NCBI RefSeq assembly: GCF_039654945.1
Contig: NW_027361711.1
Span: 14,508,001 to 14,572,000, forward strand
From: Dendrobates tinctorius
Taxonomy: Eukaryota
Length of the DNA stretch: 64,000 nucleotides
Reading direction: 5' to 3'
A program made the translations under genes and the position numbers. Within the stretch, counting starts at the first letter, position 1. Every line of letters starts with the position of its first letter. The notes under the pieces were generated by a model. That model did no database searches. It worked only from the letters and a program-made list of their open reading frames with translations, and was not told the DNA's origin. Positions 49,546 through 62,359 of the stretch are shown piece after piece.

Positions 49546-51845
49546 GCCCTAAGTTACAATTATTTTGTACCTTTCCATTTGGCCATGCAATCATGTATTT
49601 GACTGCTTAGATTATTGTAGGGCAGAATAACAATCTGATAATAAATATTGTATATACTTATTAAATTAAGGATACTCTACAGGAATATCCCTGGCTTTAA
49701 GACTTTTTATTTCTTTTTTAATTGTGTAAAGACTTCTAAAGTCTCTTTGTTACAAGCCACAAAAAAATTTGCAGAACAATAGTTATATAAATATTTCTGT
49801 AAAAATAGTCAGCAATGTGCCAAAAATAAAGACGTAACCGAAAATAAATGACACAAGTTCTGAAAAGAGTTGTTTGTTTTTCTAAAATAAAGAAAATTAG
49901 ACCAATAGTGTGTCATAAATTAGCCTGACAACTCATAGCTGACATCTAATTCCACATGATGTGACAAATGACATCTCATTATCATTTGCTGCCGGTATTG
50001 TGGTTCTCTTTGCAACTGCTGGAATAACAGTGAATGATTATCCCATCAATTCTTACTCCTTTCAGAGTTAATCAGTGCTTGCTCCAAAATGGATTAATGG
50101 CGATAACCATGCTGTCTCCTATCAGCACCACCACAATGAAGTCACTGTTTTTAATAGCAGCTAAGTCTATTCTCCTATAAATTGTCTCTCATTAGTAGAA
50201 ACACCAATGCAGAGGCATAGCAACGTGCAGCTGTGGATGTTTGCCCTGGATGTTGGGCATCACGGAGGCAAAAAAATCCACTCCTTGACCAAAGAATTCA
50301 GGGCTTAAGTATAAGGTTGAACTGTGAGACTTCTATTTATTTTGAGCCTATAGACTGTCTATATATCCTTTATCGTTATTGTAGGGGATTAAGTTTGCTG
50401 AAAGACTTTTATTGATTGTTCCATGTATATGTTTTGTTGTTCTATGTGAGAATACAGTAAAATAGACCTGGTGCCCTGCATCACCATCTCTACTGTATGG
50501 CTGTAACTTGAAGGAACAACGTCCTAGTCTTGGTTATTGAGGAGTTATATAGAATTGACTAGACCTAGGAAAAGAGATAGGTATGGGGACAGAGCACAGG
50601 GACTCTGAATCACTATGGTATCAGACTGTATATAGCCCAAAGAGGGAACCATTGGTTCTTTAGGGATGTATAAACAAGTCAATAAGATAAGCTGGAATTA
50701 GGTCATTTTAAGAGGTTGTGTGGACCTAGTTGACTCATAGACCTTTGGTATAGTCTTGTAGAACAGTCCTGAGCTATAGTGAACTAGGTGGCGTGTGAAG
50801 GGTGAATTTGCATAAACATTTAAGAGTCATGGCATGGACTCCTCCGTGAGTCACTTCAACTGATTATTATTTACAGAACCATTAACTATTTCATGATAAC
50901 AATGAGAATCTAATGACAGCATTATCCTGGTAAGACTATCTTTTAGAGACGGAATAAACAGTAATCATAAGGAGATGGATGAACCTGGTAGCTAAAAAGA
51001 AAATAGAAAAAACATTCCAACATTATTACATAACCACTAGATTTAAACATTAACGTCACCGTACTCGTCTCGTGCTACTTCCGCCAACTTCAGACGGCTC
51101 CATCAGTATGATACAAAAGAAACTATAATGAACTAACCCCAGCAAGCTATTTCCTTCCTTCTTTTTTTGTATTTGATGGAAGAGATAATCTGTCTTTTAG
51201 GCTTTAAGACCCTTTATAGTTGGGGCCACTGTGACATTATTCCATTGACTCAGAAGCAAAGTGTCCCTGAAAATTATTTTTAAGATGTTTACAGGCACCA
51301 TTGTATCTCTCCTTCGAAAGTCTCGGCAAAGTCACATTACGGTATACCTCCTTTTTAAATGAAGTTCTTACAGCTTTGGTACAGATAGCATGGCACAATA
51401 GGAGCATTCTGTATTCATCTCTGTGTAAAATCAAAGACACACAAAAGGCAATGTGAGCCCATAGGAGCTAGATATGTGGAAAAAAAGTCTGTTTATCAGA
51501 CCACTTAAAAAATGAAAAGAGCAACCAATACTAGAAAAAAACAGTACTAATTTCTTCTTTCTCCCAGTAATTCAGCGCTAATGCTCTAGTGATGCTCTGA
51601 GTCACTGTTTAAAGAATCTAGCTTGTGATTGCTGAAGTCAGTACTGTAGAGGCTAAAGATTGGCTGCAGTGGTCACATGTTTGTTGCTTAAAAAAAATGA
51701 CCCATAGGACAAGTTTCAGGAGGTGAGCAGTGTTTGCATTTTATTTTGCATTTGCTGCTTTTCACATATTTCTCAGAAGTTGGATAGCTCTTTTACACTT
51801 CATTTTGTTGGCCATAATATACTATGCATATGTGTCCTGTATTAA

Positions 51846-52247
51846 AGGTAGTCTATCAACAGTTTTTGCCATGTAACCTGAGGACAGCATGATTTAGCAG
51901 CTGAGTCTCAGATTTCAGCAATGGGTGATTTATCAGGAATAATGCTGTTTGCTTCCATAGAATGAAGATTTTATCACCAGGAAATTATCACTGCAGGACC
52001 CGTGCTCCCATCAGCAATTGTCCAACCACACTCCCTCCTCTGATAAGTGGGTTACTGTCAATAGATAGTGTAAACAGAGAGCTGTGGTGTGGGTGGGATT
52101 AGCTTTCTGAGCTCTGCTACATGTAATAACTCTGTATCACAACTACTGCACCCAGTAAAGTAAGTGATAGATAGATGGAATCAGGGTATTTTTCCTACAT
52201 TATGCTGCTCTCAGATGAGGTAACAAAAACCTGGTGACAGATTCCCT
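51846..52247. mobile_element. Kolobok/T2-type MITE
   Basis: TTAA on both sides; AGGTAGTCTATCAACAG / CTGGTGACAGATTCCCT imperfect TIRs. Confidence 0.7.
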
Positions 52248-53669
52248 TTAATATGTACAATCAGGATGGCATCTTCCAAAGCTTTCTTATTTAAACATCA
52301 TTGAATCTTGGACTATATTTATAAGACTGCAAGACATGACTTATTCCATCTTACTACTTAAAAAAAGATTTATGCCTAGCAAAAAGAGTTTTCCCAGTAA
52401 ATATGCTTGACACCTAACTTGTAGATAGCTTATAAAGGTAAAGACATTTGACAGATTACACTATATCTCACTTGATAGTAAAAATGGAGATCCCTATGTT
52501 CCCTCTAGGAATGGAGCAGTAGTGCACATGCTTGACCACCGCTTTATTCACGTCTTTAGACCTGACTGTGATCGATCTCTTCTGAAAATAGGGAAGGGAC
52601 ATAGGAAAAGCCAACAAGGAAATAATAAGCATATCAATAATTAACTATTTGTGACATTTTTTACTTTGATACACTTTTAGCTTAATATCCTTTTTTATTT
52701 TAAGGTGTATTATTTGGATGTATCTTCCCATCATCTTCTTTATTGCACTGAAAAAAACACATAAATTTGAAGTAAAGACGACACATGAAATCACTATTAT
52801 AAAAAAAATAAAAAAATAACCTCGTGAAATGAAGCAAAAGAAAGCAAAGAAGTCTCATTGTGAAATGTAAGATTATATTTTAAACAGTACTGCTGTTAGG
52901 CTATTTCAAGTGACTTTTCACTTTAAAGGGAAGGTGCCATCCCAAAAAAAAAATTTCAGCAATTGAAAAAATGTAAAGAATTAATGTTTACATTTTCTTA
53001 AAAAATATTATCATTTGTTTTTAATTTTGTAAAATATGAAAAATAATTTAAAAAAGTTTGGCATTTCCACTTGTTAACACTAGGGGGAGCAGCTACTGAA
53101 GTTTGGCACAAAAGCCTAGTGTACAACTAGCTCACATTACTGTCCTGCAGTAATTATGGGTGTACAGTGTCCATGATGTTTGATTTTGATATATGATCAT
53201 GCCCTAAAATGGACACTGTATGGGATGAATCTGCTGACATGGGTGTGGTGTCACTCCTCTCCTCCCCTACTGGGTGCTTGCTAAGGGAAAAGAGAGGATG
53301 ACATTTAGGAACACAGTGAGCAGCCATTTTGATGGGGCCTGCAAAGTTACTGACTGTCTTTGCATGTAAAGTCTGGATCAGAACAGGTCATCAATCAGCA
53401 GAAATGTTTCCTGGATTTCTGTGGAGCAGACAAGAAGACGGTCCATCCATGTGTGTAAAACACAGCGCTCTATGTACAATCCCTGGCACCGAACAGGGTG
53501 ACCCCCACAGACCAGCACACTGCTCTCCTGAAATACTCTGTGCTGCTGTCACCCTGCTCCTCCACCATATATCAGGCCCTGTCGCCTCGCTTTCACACAT
53601 CGCCAGAACAGGATCTGAGGAGAGGAATGGGGTCTTCGGTCACCGAGGATGGCAGGCAGCAAGGATTCT

Positions 53670-54110
53670 GGGAGCAGGGTGACAGCAGCACAGAGTATTT
53701 CAGGAGAGCAGTGCGCTGGTCTGGGGGGCACAGAGGGAGGTATATGGGGGAGGAGCAGGGAGACAGCAGCACAGATTATTTCAGGAGAGCAGTGTGCTGG
53801 TCTAAGGGTGGCACAGAGAGAGATATATGGTGGAGGGAGCAGGGTGACAGCAGCACAGAGTATTTCAGGAGAGCAGTGTGCTGGTCTAAGGGTGGCACAG
53901 AGAGAGATATATGGTGGAGGGAGCAGGGTGACAGCAGCACAGAGTATTTCAGGAGAGCAGTGTGCTGGTCTATGGGGGGCACACAGAGAGATATATGGTA
54001 GAGGGAGCAGAGTGATAGCAGCACAGAGTATTTCAGGAGAGCAGTGTGCTGGTCTATGGGGGGCACAGAGGGAGATATATGGGGGAGGAGCAGGGAGACA
54101 GCAGCACAGA
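53670..54110 (+). repeat. ~87-89 bp minisatellite, ~5 copies
   Basis: GGAGCAGGGTGACAGCAGCACAGAGTATTTCAGGAGAGCAGTG repeated. Confidence 0.9.
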
Positions 54111-54529
54111 AATCGAGGAAACATTTCTGCTGATTGATGGCCTGTTCTGATCCAGACTTGGCATGCAAAGACCCCATTCCCCTCCTCAGATTCTGTCCTT
54201 GCGATGTGTGAAAGCGAGGCGACAGGCGCAGTCCGGGGTGACACTGGGAAGCAGGCTGGGGGGGAATGGAGCCTACAGTAACGATAAAAATGAGACCCCT
54301 CTCTTCAGCTGCCTCACCAGCTCTCCCCTGACTGCACCTATTACCCCTGACCCGTGTGCAGGTGCTCAGCCAGAACCACCCTAGAATGGGTCCCCTTTTA
54401 GCAGATCACAAATAATACCGCCATATACTTCACACACAATGCCGCCATATAGATCATACACAATACCACCATGTAGATCACACATAAAACCAGCAGGGTG
54501 ACAGCAGCACAGAGTATTTCAGGAGAGCA

Positions 54530-54945
54530 GTATCACATGGCAGAGAATTAGATACACGGCTCAGCAGACAGTATCACACAGGAGAGGATTAGATACAGGG
54601 TTCAGCAGTCAGTATCACACAAGAGAGGATTAGATACAGGGCTCAGCAGACAGTATCACACAGGATAGGATTAGATACACGGCTCAGCAGTCAGTATCAC
54701 ACAGGATAGGAATAGATACACGGCTCAGCAGTCAGTATCACACAGGAGAGGATTAGATACACGGCTCAGCACACAGTATCACACAGGATAGGATTACACG
54801 GTTCAGCAGTCATTATCACACAGGAGAGGATTAGATACATGGCTCAGCAGTCAGTATCACACAGGATAGGATTAGATACACGGCTCAGCAGTTAGTATCA
54901 CACAGGATAGGATTAGATAAATGGCTCAGCAGGCAGTATCACAGG
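54530..54945 (+). repeat. ~41 bp minisatellite, ~10 copies
   Basis: GGATTAGATACACGGCTCAGCAGTCAGTATCACACAGGATA repeated. Confidence 0.92.
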
Positions 54946-55380
54946 AGACAGTGTTACAGATATGCTCACACTGGTGTAACTGCCCCATCCATACACTAGA
55001 CTATGGGCTGTATATGTCACTGTCACTATAAAAGCAAAGGTGTCAGATTACCAGAGATCACTGGGGCTGTGTGTGAGTGAGGAGGCGGAGACAGAGCAGG
55101 AGGACAGTGGAGCTGGAGCAGGAAGCACGGTGCAGAAAGTCGAGCTCAGCAGATAGCACTGGGCTACAGTAAAATGGCGCCCAGACTCACCTACAGCAGT
55201 GAATGGTGCAGCCCACAGGGGCGTGCCCAGTTCTCTGCTAATGAGGCTGCATGGTGGGGTCGGGAGCCGACCGCAGTCTCCTATGTCCAGGGACGGCCAT
55301 ATTTGCAGACTGTATGAGTCCTCCACAGATCAGATCTGGAAATCAAGATGTCAGCGCCCAGTGGCTACATTAAAACATTA

Positions 55381-57342
55381 TTAAACAGTTATTCGACACC
55401 TTCAATTCTCTCCTCCGCCCCCCAGCACCTCCTCCCTCCCCACTCATCTCAGCTGAAGACTTTGCCTCATTCTTCAAGCAGAAGATTGATAACATCAGAG
55501 AACGTTTTGGTCAGCAACCCCCAGAACCCTTCCTCCCGACTTCCCAGCCCTCCACCTTCAAAACCAACTTCTCCACCATTACAGAAGATCGACTCTCCAC
55601 TCTACTCTCAAGATCACATCTCACCACCTGTGCACTCGACCCGATCCCATCCCACTTCATACCAAACCTCACCACAGTCTTCATCCCAACCCTAACCCAT
55701 CTCTTCAACCTATCACTAACAACTGGTGTTTTCCCCTCAAGCTTTAAACATGCCTCCATCACACCTATCCTCAAAAAGCCCTCTCTTGACCCATCCTCTG
55801 TATCTAGCTATCGCCCTATATCACTTCTCCCCTACGCCTCCAAGCTACTGGAACAACACGACTACCTTGAACTGTCCTCCCATCTCTCTTCTTGCTCCCT
55901 CTTCGACCGCTTACAATCTGGCTTCCGGTCACACCACTCCACTGAAACTGCCCTTACTAAGGTCACCAATGACCTCTTAACCGCCAAGAGCAAGCGACAC
56001 TACTCTGTCCTCCTCCTCCTGGACCTGTCGGCTGCCTTTGACACAGTGGACCATTCCCTATTATTACAGACCCTCTCATCCCTCGGCATCACAGACTTGG
56101 CCCTATCCTGGATCTCATCATACCTAACAGACCGGACATTCAGCGTCTCCCACTCACACACCACCTCCTCACCTCGCCCCCTATCTGTCGGAGTCCCACA
56201 AGGTTCAGTCCTTGGGCCCCTGCTGTTCTCTATTTACACCTTTGGCCTGGGACAGCTCATAGAATCTCATGGCTTTCAGTATCATCTCTACGCTGATGAC
56301 ACACAGATCTACATTTCTGGACCAGATATCACCTCCCTACTAACCAGAATCCCTCAATGTCTGTCCACTATTTCATCCTTCTTCTCCGCTAGATTTCTGA
56401 AACTCAACATGGACAAAACAGAATTCATCATCTTTCCCCCATCTCACGTGACCCCCCCTACGAACCTATCAATTACAGTAAATGACTGCCCACTCTCCCC
56501 AGTCCCACAAGCTCGCTGCCTCGGAGTAATCCTTGATGCTAATCTCTCCTTCAAACCACATATCCAAGCCCTTTCCACTTTCTGCCGACTTCAACTCAAA
56601 AATACTTCACGAATCCGTTCATTCCTCACCCAAGAATCTGCAAAAACCCTAGTCCATGCCCTCATCATCTCTCGCCTTGACTACTGCAACCTCCTGCTCT
56701 GTGGCCTCCCCTCAAACACTCTTGCACCCCTCCAATCTATTCTAAACTCTGCTGCCCGACTAATCCACCTGTCCCCCCGCTATTCCCCAGCTTCTCCTCT
56801 CTGTCAATCCCTTCACTGGCTCCCAATTGCCCAGAGACTCCATTACAAAACCCTAACCATGACATACAAAGCCATCCACAACCTGTCTCCTCCATACATC
56901 TGTGACCTCGTCTCCCGGTACTTTCCTGCACGCAACCTCCGATCCTCACAAGATCTCCTTCTCTACTCCCCTCTTATCTCCTCTTCCCACAATCGCATAC
57001 AAGATTTCTCTCGCGCATCACCCCTACTCTGGAACTCTCTACCACAACATATCAGACTCTCACCTACCATCGAAACCTTCAAAAAGAACCTGAAGACCCA
57101 CCTCTTCCGACAAGCCTACAACCTGCAGTAACCACCGATCGACCAAACCGCTGCACGACCAGCTCTACCCTCGCCTACTGTATTATCACCCATCCCTTGT
57201 AGATTGTGAGCCCTCGCGGGCAGGGTCCTCTCTCCTCCTGTACCAGTTATGATTTGTATTGCTTAAGATTATTGTACTTGTTTTTATGTATACCCCTCCT
57301 TACTTGTAAAGCGCCATGGAATAAATGGCGCTATAACAATAA

Positions 57343-57375
<33 letters not shown>

Positions 57376-57385
57376 TATAATTATT
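55381..57385 (+). mobile_element. 5'-truncated L2-clade LINE with RT domain and (AAT)n tail
   Basis: [60 protein letters not shown]. One frameshift near 55860; the ORF is open from there to 57131. Confidence 0.95.
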
Positions 57386-59289
57386 ACAAACAAACCATAA
57401 ATCCTAGTTAGTACAACATTTGCTTTAACAACATGTTTTGTTACTTACTCTTTTTTTGCAAATTATTTAAAATTGCGGCACCTTCCCTTTAAGGAGGACC
57501 TTTCACCATATTTAGCATGTTAAACATTATATATCGTGGAATAGTGGCTGTAGAGCTGAATAAAACATATTGTAATTTTGTAATATTTTATCTATATTGC
57601 AGAGATATTAGTTTGTCAAGTTTGATTGTATTCTCCCCTCAACCAAGGGAGCATTAGCAGAGATACATCTCTAGGGGCAGTTACTTTTGACAGTGACCAT
57701 AAAAAAGCAGGAGGCATCATGCACACAGCCCTGGTCTCTTCACTGATCTCACTGCCAGCATCTACTTTGTGAATACAAGTTGGGGAGGAGAGCTGAGCAG
57801 AGCTGTGTGTCATTACAACCTCTTCATGCTCCTCTTGTCTCATGGCACTGTCAGTATGGGGTGGGTACAGTAATGCTGTGTGTCACTGCAAACCCCTCTG
57901 CAGCTACAACTTTAAGTTAGCCTCACCTCCTGAGGTGGATCCATAAAGCTTCTGCTCCAGATTGGCATATAGACCACAAGCATTGTAACTGGGTGGAGGA
58001 CACATGGAACTAAGAGGACTCGGGCAAACAGGAATATCAGGATCAGTCCAATGAATGAAGTGGAACCCAGCTATCATGAGATGATTCCACGAATAGCTCA
58101 TTTGTTTACTGCAACTGTTGGACTGGTTCTGAAGAAGGGAGAGTAAGGGTTAATAAACAGAAATAAAGGTATGCAGGATCACAGAGTGTTTGTAAATTGA
58201 AGCCCAAATATGCACAGATGGCAGAGACAATGAAACATAAGATTCTAAAGGCTTATTCCTAAAACACAGGTGTGTGTCTTAGTGGGCCTTAAGAGACATA
58301 AGGAGATGATGTCAAAGAGCTTGCAAAATCTGATGTGGTGCACAACAGAGGGCGACACCCAAGGAGAAAAATGCAGAGTCCATTATACCCAGGACAGGTG
58401 CACAACATCTCCTCTTACAGTGCTGTTCCATTTCCCCAACACTGACAGTGCCATGAGAGGAGAGCTGCAAGTGGTGTTTGTAATGACACACAGTTCTGCT
58501 TTACTTCCACTCCCACCTTGTAATCATAATAGATGCCGATAGTGATATCAGTGAGGAGGGCAGGGCTGTGCATCATTACATGTCTCACACAGGGAAAGTC
58601 TGTACTAAGCTTCTCTGGGAATGGATGTTCTTTTTTTTCCTCCCGCACAAAGTTTCCTGCACTTATCATTAGTTAATGTCATACAATTGAAAAAGTAGCC
58701 AACACAGAGATGAATCTCCGCTATCGCCCACTTGGTTGGAGGGGAAATTGGAATCTAAACTTTACAAGCTAAAATCTCAGCAACAAAGATGAGTAATTTA
58801 AAAAAAATACAGTATATGTTTTCTTCAGCATTACAGTTGCAGCCACTATTCCATGATGTGGCCAGTTAAAGGGGTTGTCCACTACCAAGACAACCCCTTC
58901 TCATTCCGAATATTCACCCATATTAAATTAAAAACAATTCTACTCACCTCCTGTGCCGGCAGTGTTCCCATGGTGTTGGCACTCACGTTCCCGGTGCTCA
59001 CGTGTGGTTCGTATATCACATGAATCCTTAGACCAATCAGCGCTGGCATTGCTGATCCCACCTTCTGAAACTTAAATAGTCAACAGAAAGTCAGAGCAGC
59101 AGCTGGCCGCTCACTTCCTATTGATTATATGTTCAAAGGCAGAGACAGCGATACCAGAGCTGATTGGGCGCCGTGCTCACGTGATGTAACAAATTAACAT
59201 GAGCCCTGGGAATGCGAGTGCCGACAATGCTGTAATAGCACTAGCATGGGAGGTGAGTATAAATGCTTTTATTTTAACAGGGGGCATTC

Positions 59290-60650
59290 AAATCTCTACT
59301 AATCAGTCTCCCTCTTACCAAATTCTCCCCTCTCCAATCTGTGTTGAATGCTGCAGCCAGGATCATATTCCTCACCAATAGTTACACTGATGCCTCTACC
59401 TTGTGCCAGTCATTACACTGGTTACCCATCCACTCCAGAATTTAGTATAAACTTATTGCCCTCACCCACAAAGCACTCCATGGCTCAGTACCACCCTACA
59501 TCTCCTCCCTTGTCTCAGTCTACCACCCTACCCATGCCCTCCATGCTCCTAATGACCTGAGGTTAGCATCCTTAATAATCAGAACCTCCCACTCCTGTCA
59601 CCAAGAATTTTCATGTGCTGTGCCAATTTTTTGGGAATGCACTACCCAGGTTAATTCGATTAATCCCCAATACCCACAGTTTTAAGTGTGCCCTAAAACC
59701 GCATTTCTTCAGACTGGCCTACCGCATCACGCATTAACCTAACTATCCCTGTGTTGCCCATTCAAAATTTTTACTATAACCAGGTTCCTCGCATCAGGTC
59801 CTCACATGCTTTATGCATTTAATAGCCCTCTGTGTCTGTACAGTTACATACTTAGGCTGATAACCGGTTCATAGAAAACAAAAAGCAAAAATCACAAATA
59901 TCCTGAAATAAAAAGTAAAAAATAAACTGCAAATAATACATAAAAGTAATAATAATAATAAGGGTATTTAGTAAACATAATTTTGATCAAAATAATGTAC
60001 AAGCCATCCCACCACGTCACGGCAACCCTTGTGGGACATTCCTACTCTAGTATTTAAAACCTTTTCACTTGCCAAGTGACATGAATGTGAACAAGGATCG
60101 AGGGACTGACCCACTAGTAAAAGTATAGGCCAGACTGGATGGCTTTCCCAGCTCAGAAGAGGGCGGTCACACCCTTATATGCACTGAATGCACAATGAAA
60201 TGAATAAAAAACTGGAGTCTGAACTGAGAAAGTAAATTAATGTGTATGCACAATGTAAGTTCATATTAACACATGGTCATTAACCAGAGTAGTTAATGGT
60301 CATGTGTTAATATGCACTTACATTGTGCATACACATTAATTTACTTTCTCAGTTCAGACTCCAGTTTTTTATTGATAACCGGTTCATGCAGCATGATATG
60401 AAAACCCGATTCTTAAACTATGGCTGGCAAACAATGAAAGCAATTGTTACCATCCACCTTTCGTGTCTACCCTTTTCCTTATAGATTGTAAGCTTGCAGT
60501 CAGGGCCCTCACTTCTCTTGGTATATGTTTTGATCTATGTGTTTATTGTTACGCTGTAATGTCTATCATCTGTACAAGTCCCCTCTAAAATGTAAAGTGC
60601 TGCGGAGTATGTCGGCGCTATAGAAATAAAATTTTTTTTATTTATTATTA
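59290..60650 (+). mobile_element. Decayed L2 3' fragment
   Basis: Residual [16 protein letters not shown] coding similarity; tail TAGATTGTAAGC..GTAAAGTGCTGCGG..GGCGCTATAGAAATAAA. Confidence 0.78.
59873..60372. mobile_element. 500 bp unclassified insertion ending in a long hairpin
   Basis: 15 bp TSD TGATAACCGGTTCAT at 59858-59872 and 60373-60387; 82 bp inverted arms at 60203-60284 and 60292-60373. Confidence 0.8.
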
Positions 60651-62359
60651 TCGAAAAGGGGTTGTCATTGTAGTGGACAACCCTTTTAAGCATGCTAAAA
60701 CTGGTGAATGCCTCTCACCCATGGACTGTGAGTTAGTCTACTCCTGAATGTCTTTAGAGTTTGGAATTAGAAATACCAAGACTTTAACATTTCCATTGTG
60801 TTACATAAAATACTTAGCATTAGGTCTGAATATTAAATGATGTTATCATTTTTGTTATTTACCAAGTAAAGAAAAACGAGGAGTCTTAGTTTCATGTTTT
60901 GTATTATTTTTCTTCTAAAAGGTTGTTGTTTGCATTCGTGTTTCCTAAGATTTACATGTGTGCCCAATTACGTATTTTTTACTGTGACATCTGAATCCAG
61001 CAAGAGACTGAGAAAGCATAACATTTATATCTGATAGAAATGTTTTGCATAGTAACATTTCATAATAAAATATGTTTGTAGCCAGTAATAAACCTAAGGA
61101 CGCATATTATTTCACAGACATACAAGATATTTTGGTGTATGTATTAGTGCACTAAATGTGTGTAGCAAATATTTTATAAGTGAATAAATTATATTGGGAA
61201 AAAACAAATTACATACTTGATATTTCAAACTATAAATTTAGCAATGCATGAAAAGAAAATTCCAGCAACATTGTATACTTACAAGTATCAAGCTTGCCAA
61301 GCAGGTTGACGTGTAAAAGTTCTTGCTAGTGCACTTGAATACATTGGATCATTTTATGCTTGGTGCAGAGGTGTAGCTAGGAGGAAGCAGGCGGGACATC
61401 TGCCCTAGGTGCAGTCGACACGGGGGCGCCGTTGGGCATTCTGACGCGGCGGTCTGAGTTAGCCTTTCTGAGCCAGCTGTCACACTGACAGCTGGCTCAC
61501 GGAAGGTGCAGCGTGTCGGCTCCCAGTGTTATATTAAAACTTTGACCGCCGGGTCAGGATGACATCAGAAGCAAGTGATCTCGCTGTTGACTTCATGCCT
61601 GGTGCAGCAGACATGAGCGCACATTGGTGGTAAGTGTCCAGAGGTGTAAACACCAAAGATCTATTGTACCAGGGGGACGGAATTGGCGCAGTTACAATAT
61701 GGGGAGGGAAAAAGATAGAAGGAAAACCGACCATAAAAGTCCTCAGTACATCAAATTAAGTAAAACATAATCATATTTTATTAAAATCAGGTGACAAGAT
61801 GATCACAAAACAATGACAGACATAAAATTAAAACAGTATAAAAACAAAGGGCGCACACCCAGGGAATGAAATTGACCAATGTCCAGAGGGAAAAAGAGAT
61901 TTTATTATAGTCAAAAGTGATAAAGTCTATGTGTCTGGAGCTAACAGAATTTGCGCAATACACATCTCGAATAGGTATAGTATGTTAATAATGACATAAG
62001 GGACAATAGGATATATATATAGGGTGCTAGAGCAAAAATAGTAGTCCAATAGTTAGCAATGAATAAATCAATAATATATTGGGGAGGCCACGCTATGGGC
62101 AAAACAGGAAGGGATGGCTGCAGCTACAATATGGGGAGCAGTAATATTTGAGGCCACAGTATGGGGAAATAGGAAGTGATGGGTGCAGACACAATATGGG
62201 GAGGGAGAAGGGGGAAAAATTTGACAACACAGTATGTGGATCAAGGTGGGAGATGGCATGTTTGAGGAAACAGTATTAAGGGGCATGGGCACAGACACAG
62301 TATTGTAAGTGGGGGATGGGTGAGCAGTATAAGGAGAGAGGGGGAAATGTGTGAGGAGA

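Larger units (their letters stand above)
52927..57488 (+). mobile_element. Non-autonomous Kolobok/T2-type element carrying minisatellites and an inserted L2
   Basis: TTAA-AGGGAAGGTGCC ... GGCACCTTCCCT-TTAA. Confidence 0.85.
58870..60685. mobile_element. Kolobok/T2-type MITE split by an L2 fragment
   Basis: TTAA-AGGGGTTGTCCACTAC ... GTAGTGGACAACCCTT-TTAA. Confidence 0.8.

Noticed and set aside
53329-54384. Overlapping ORFs up to 231 aa
   Set aside because: Minisatellite translations within a non-autonomous element.
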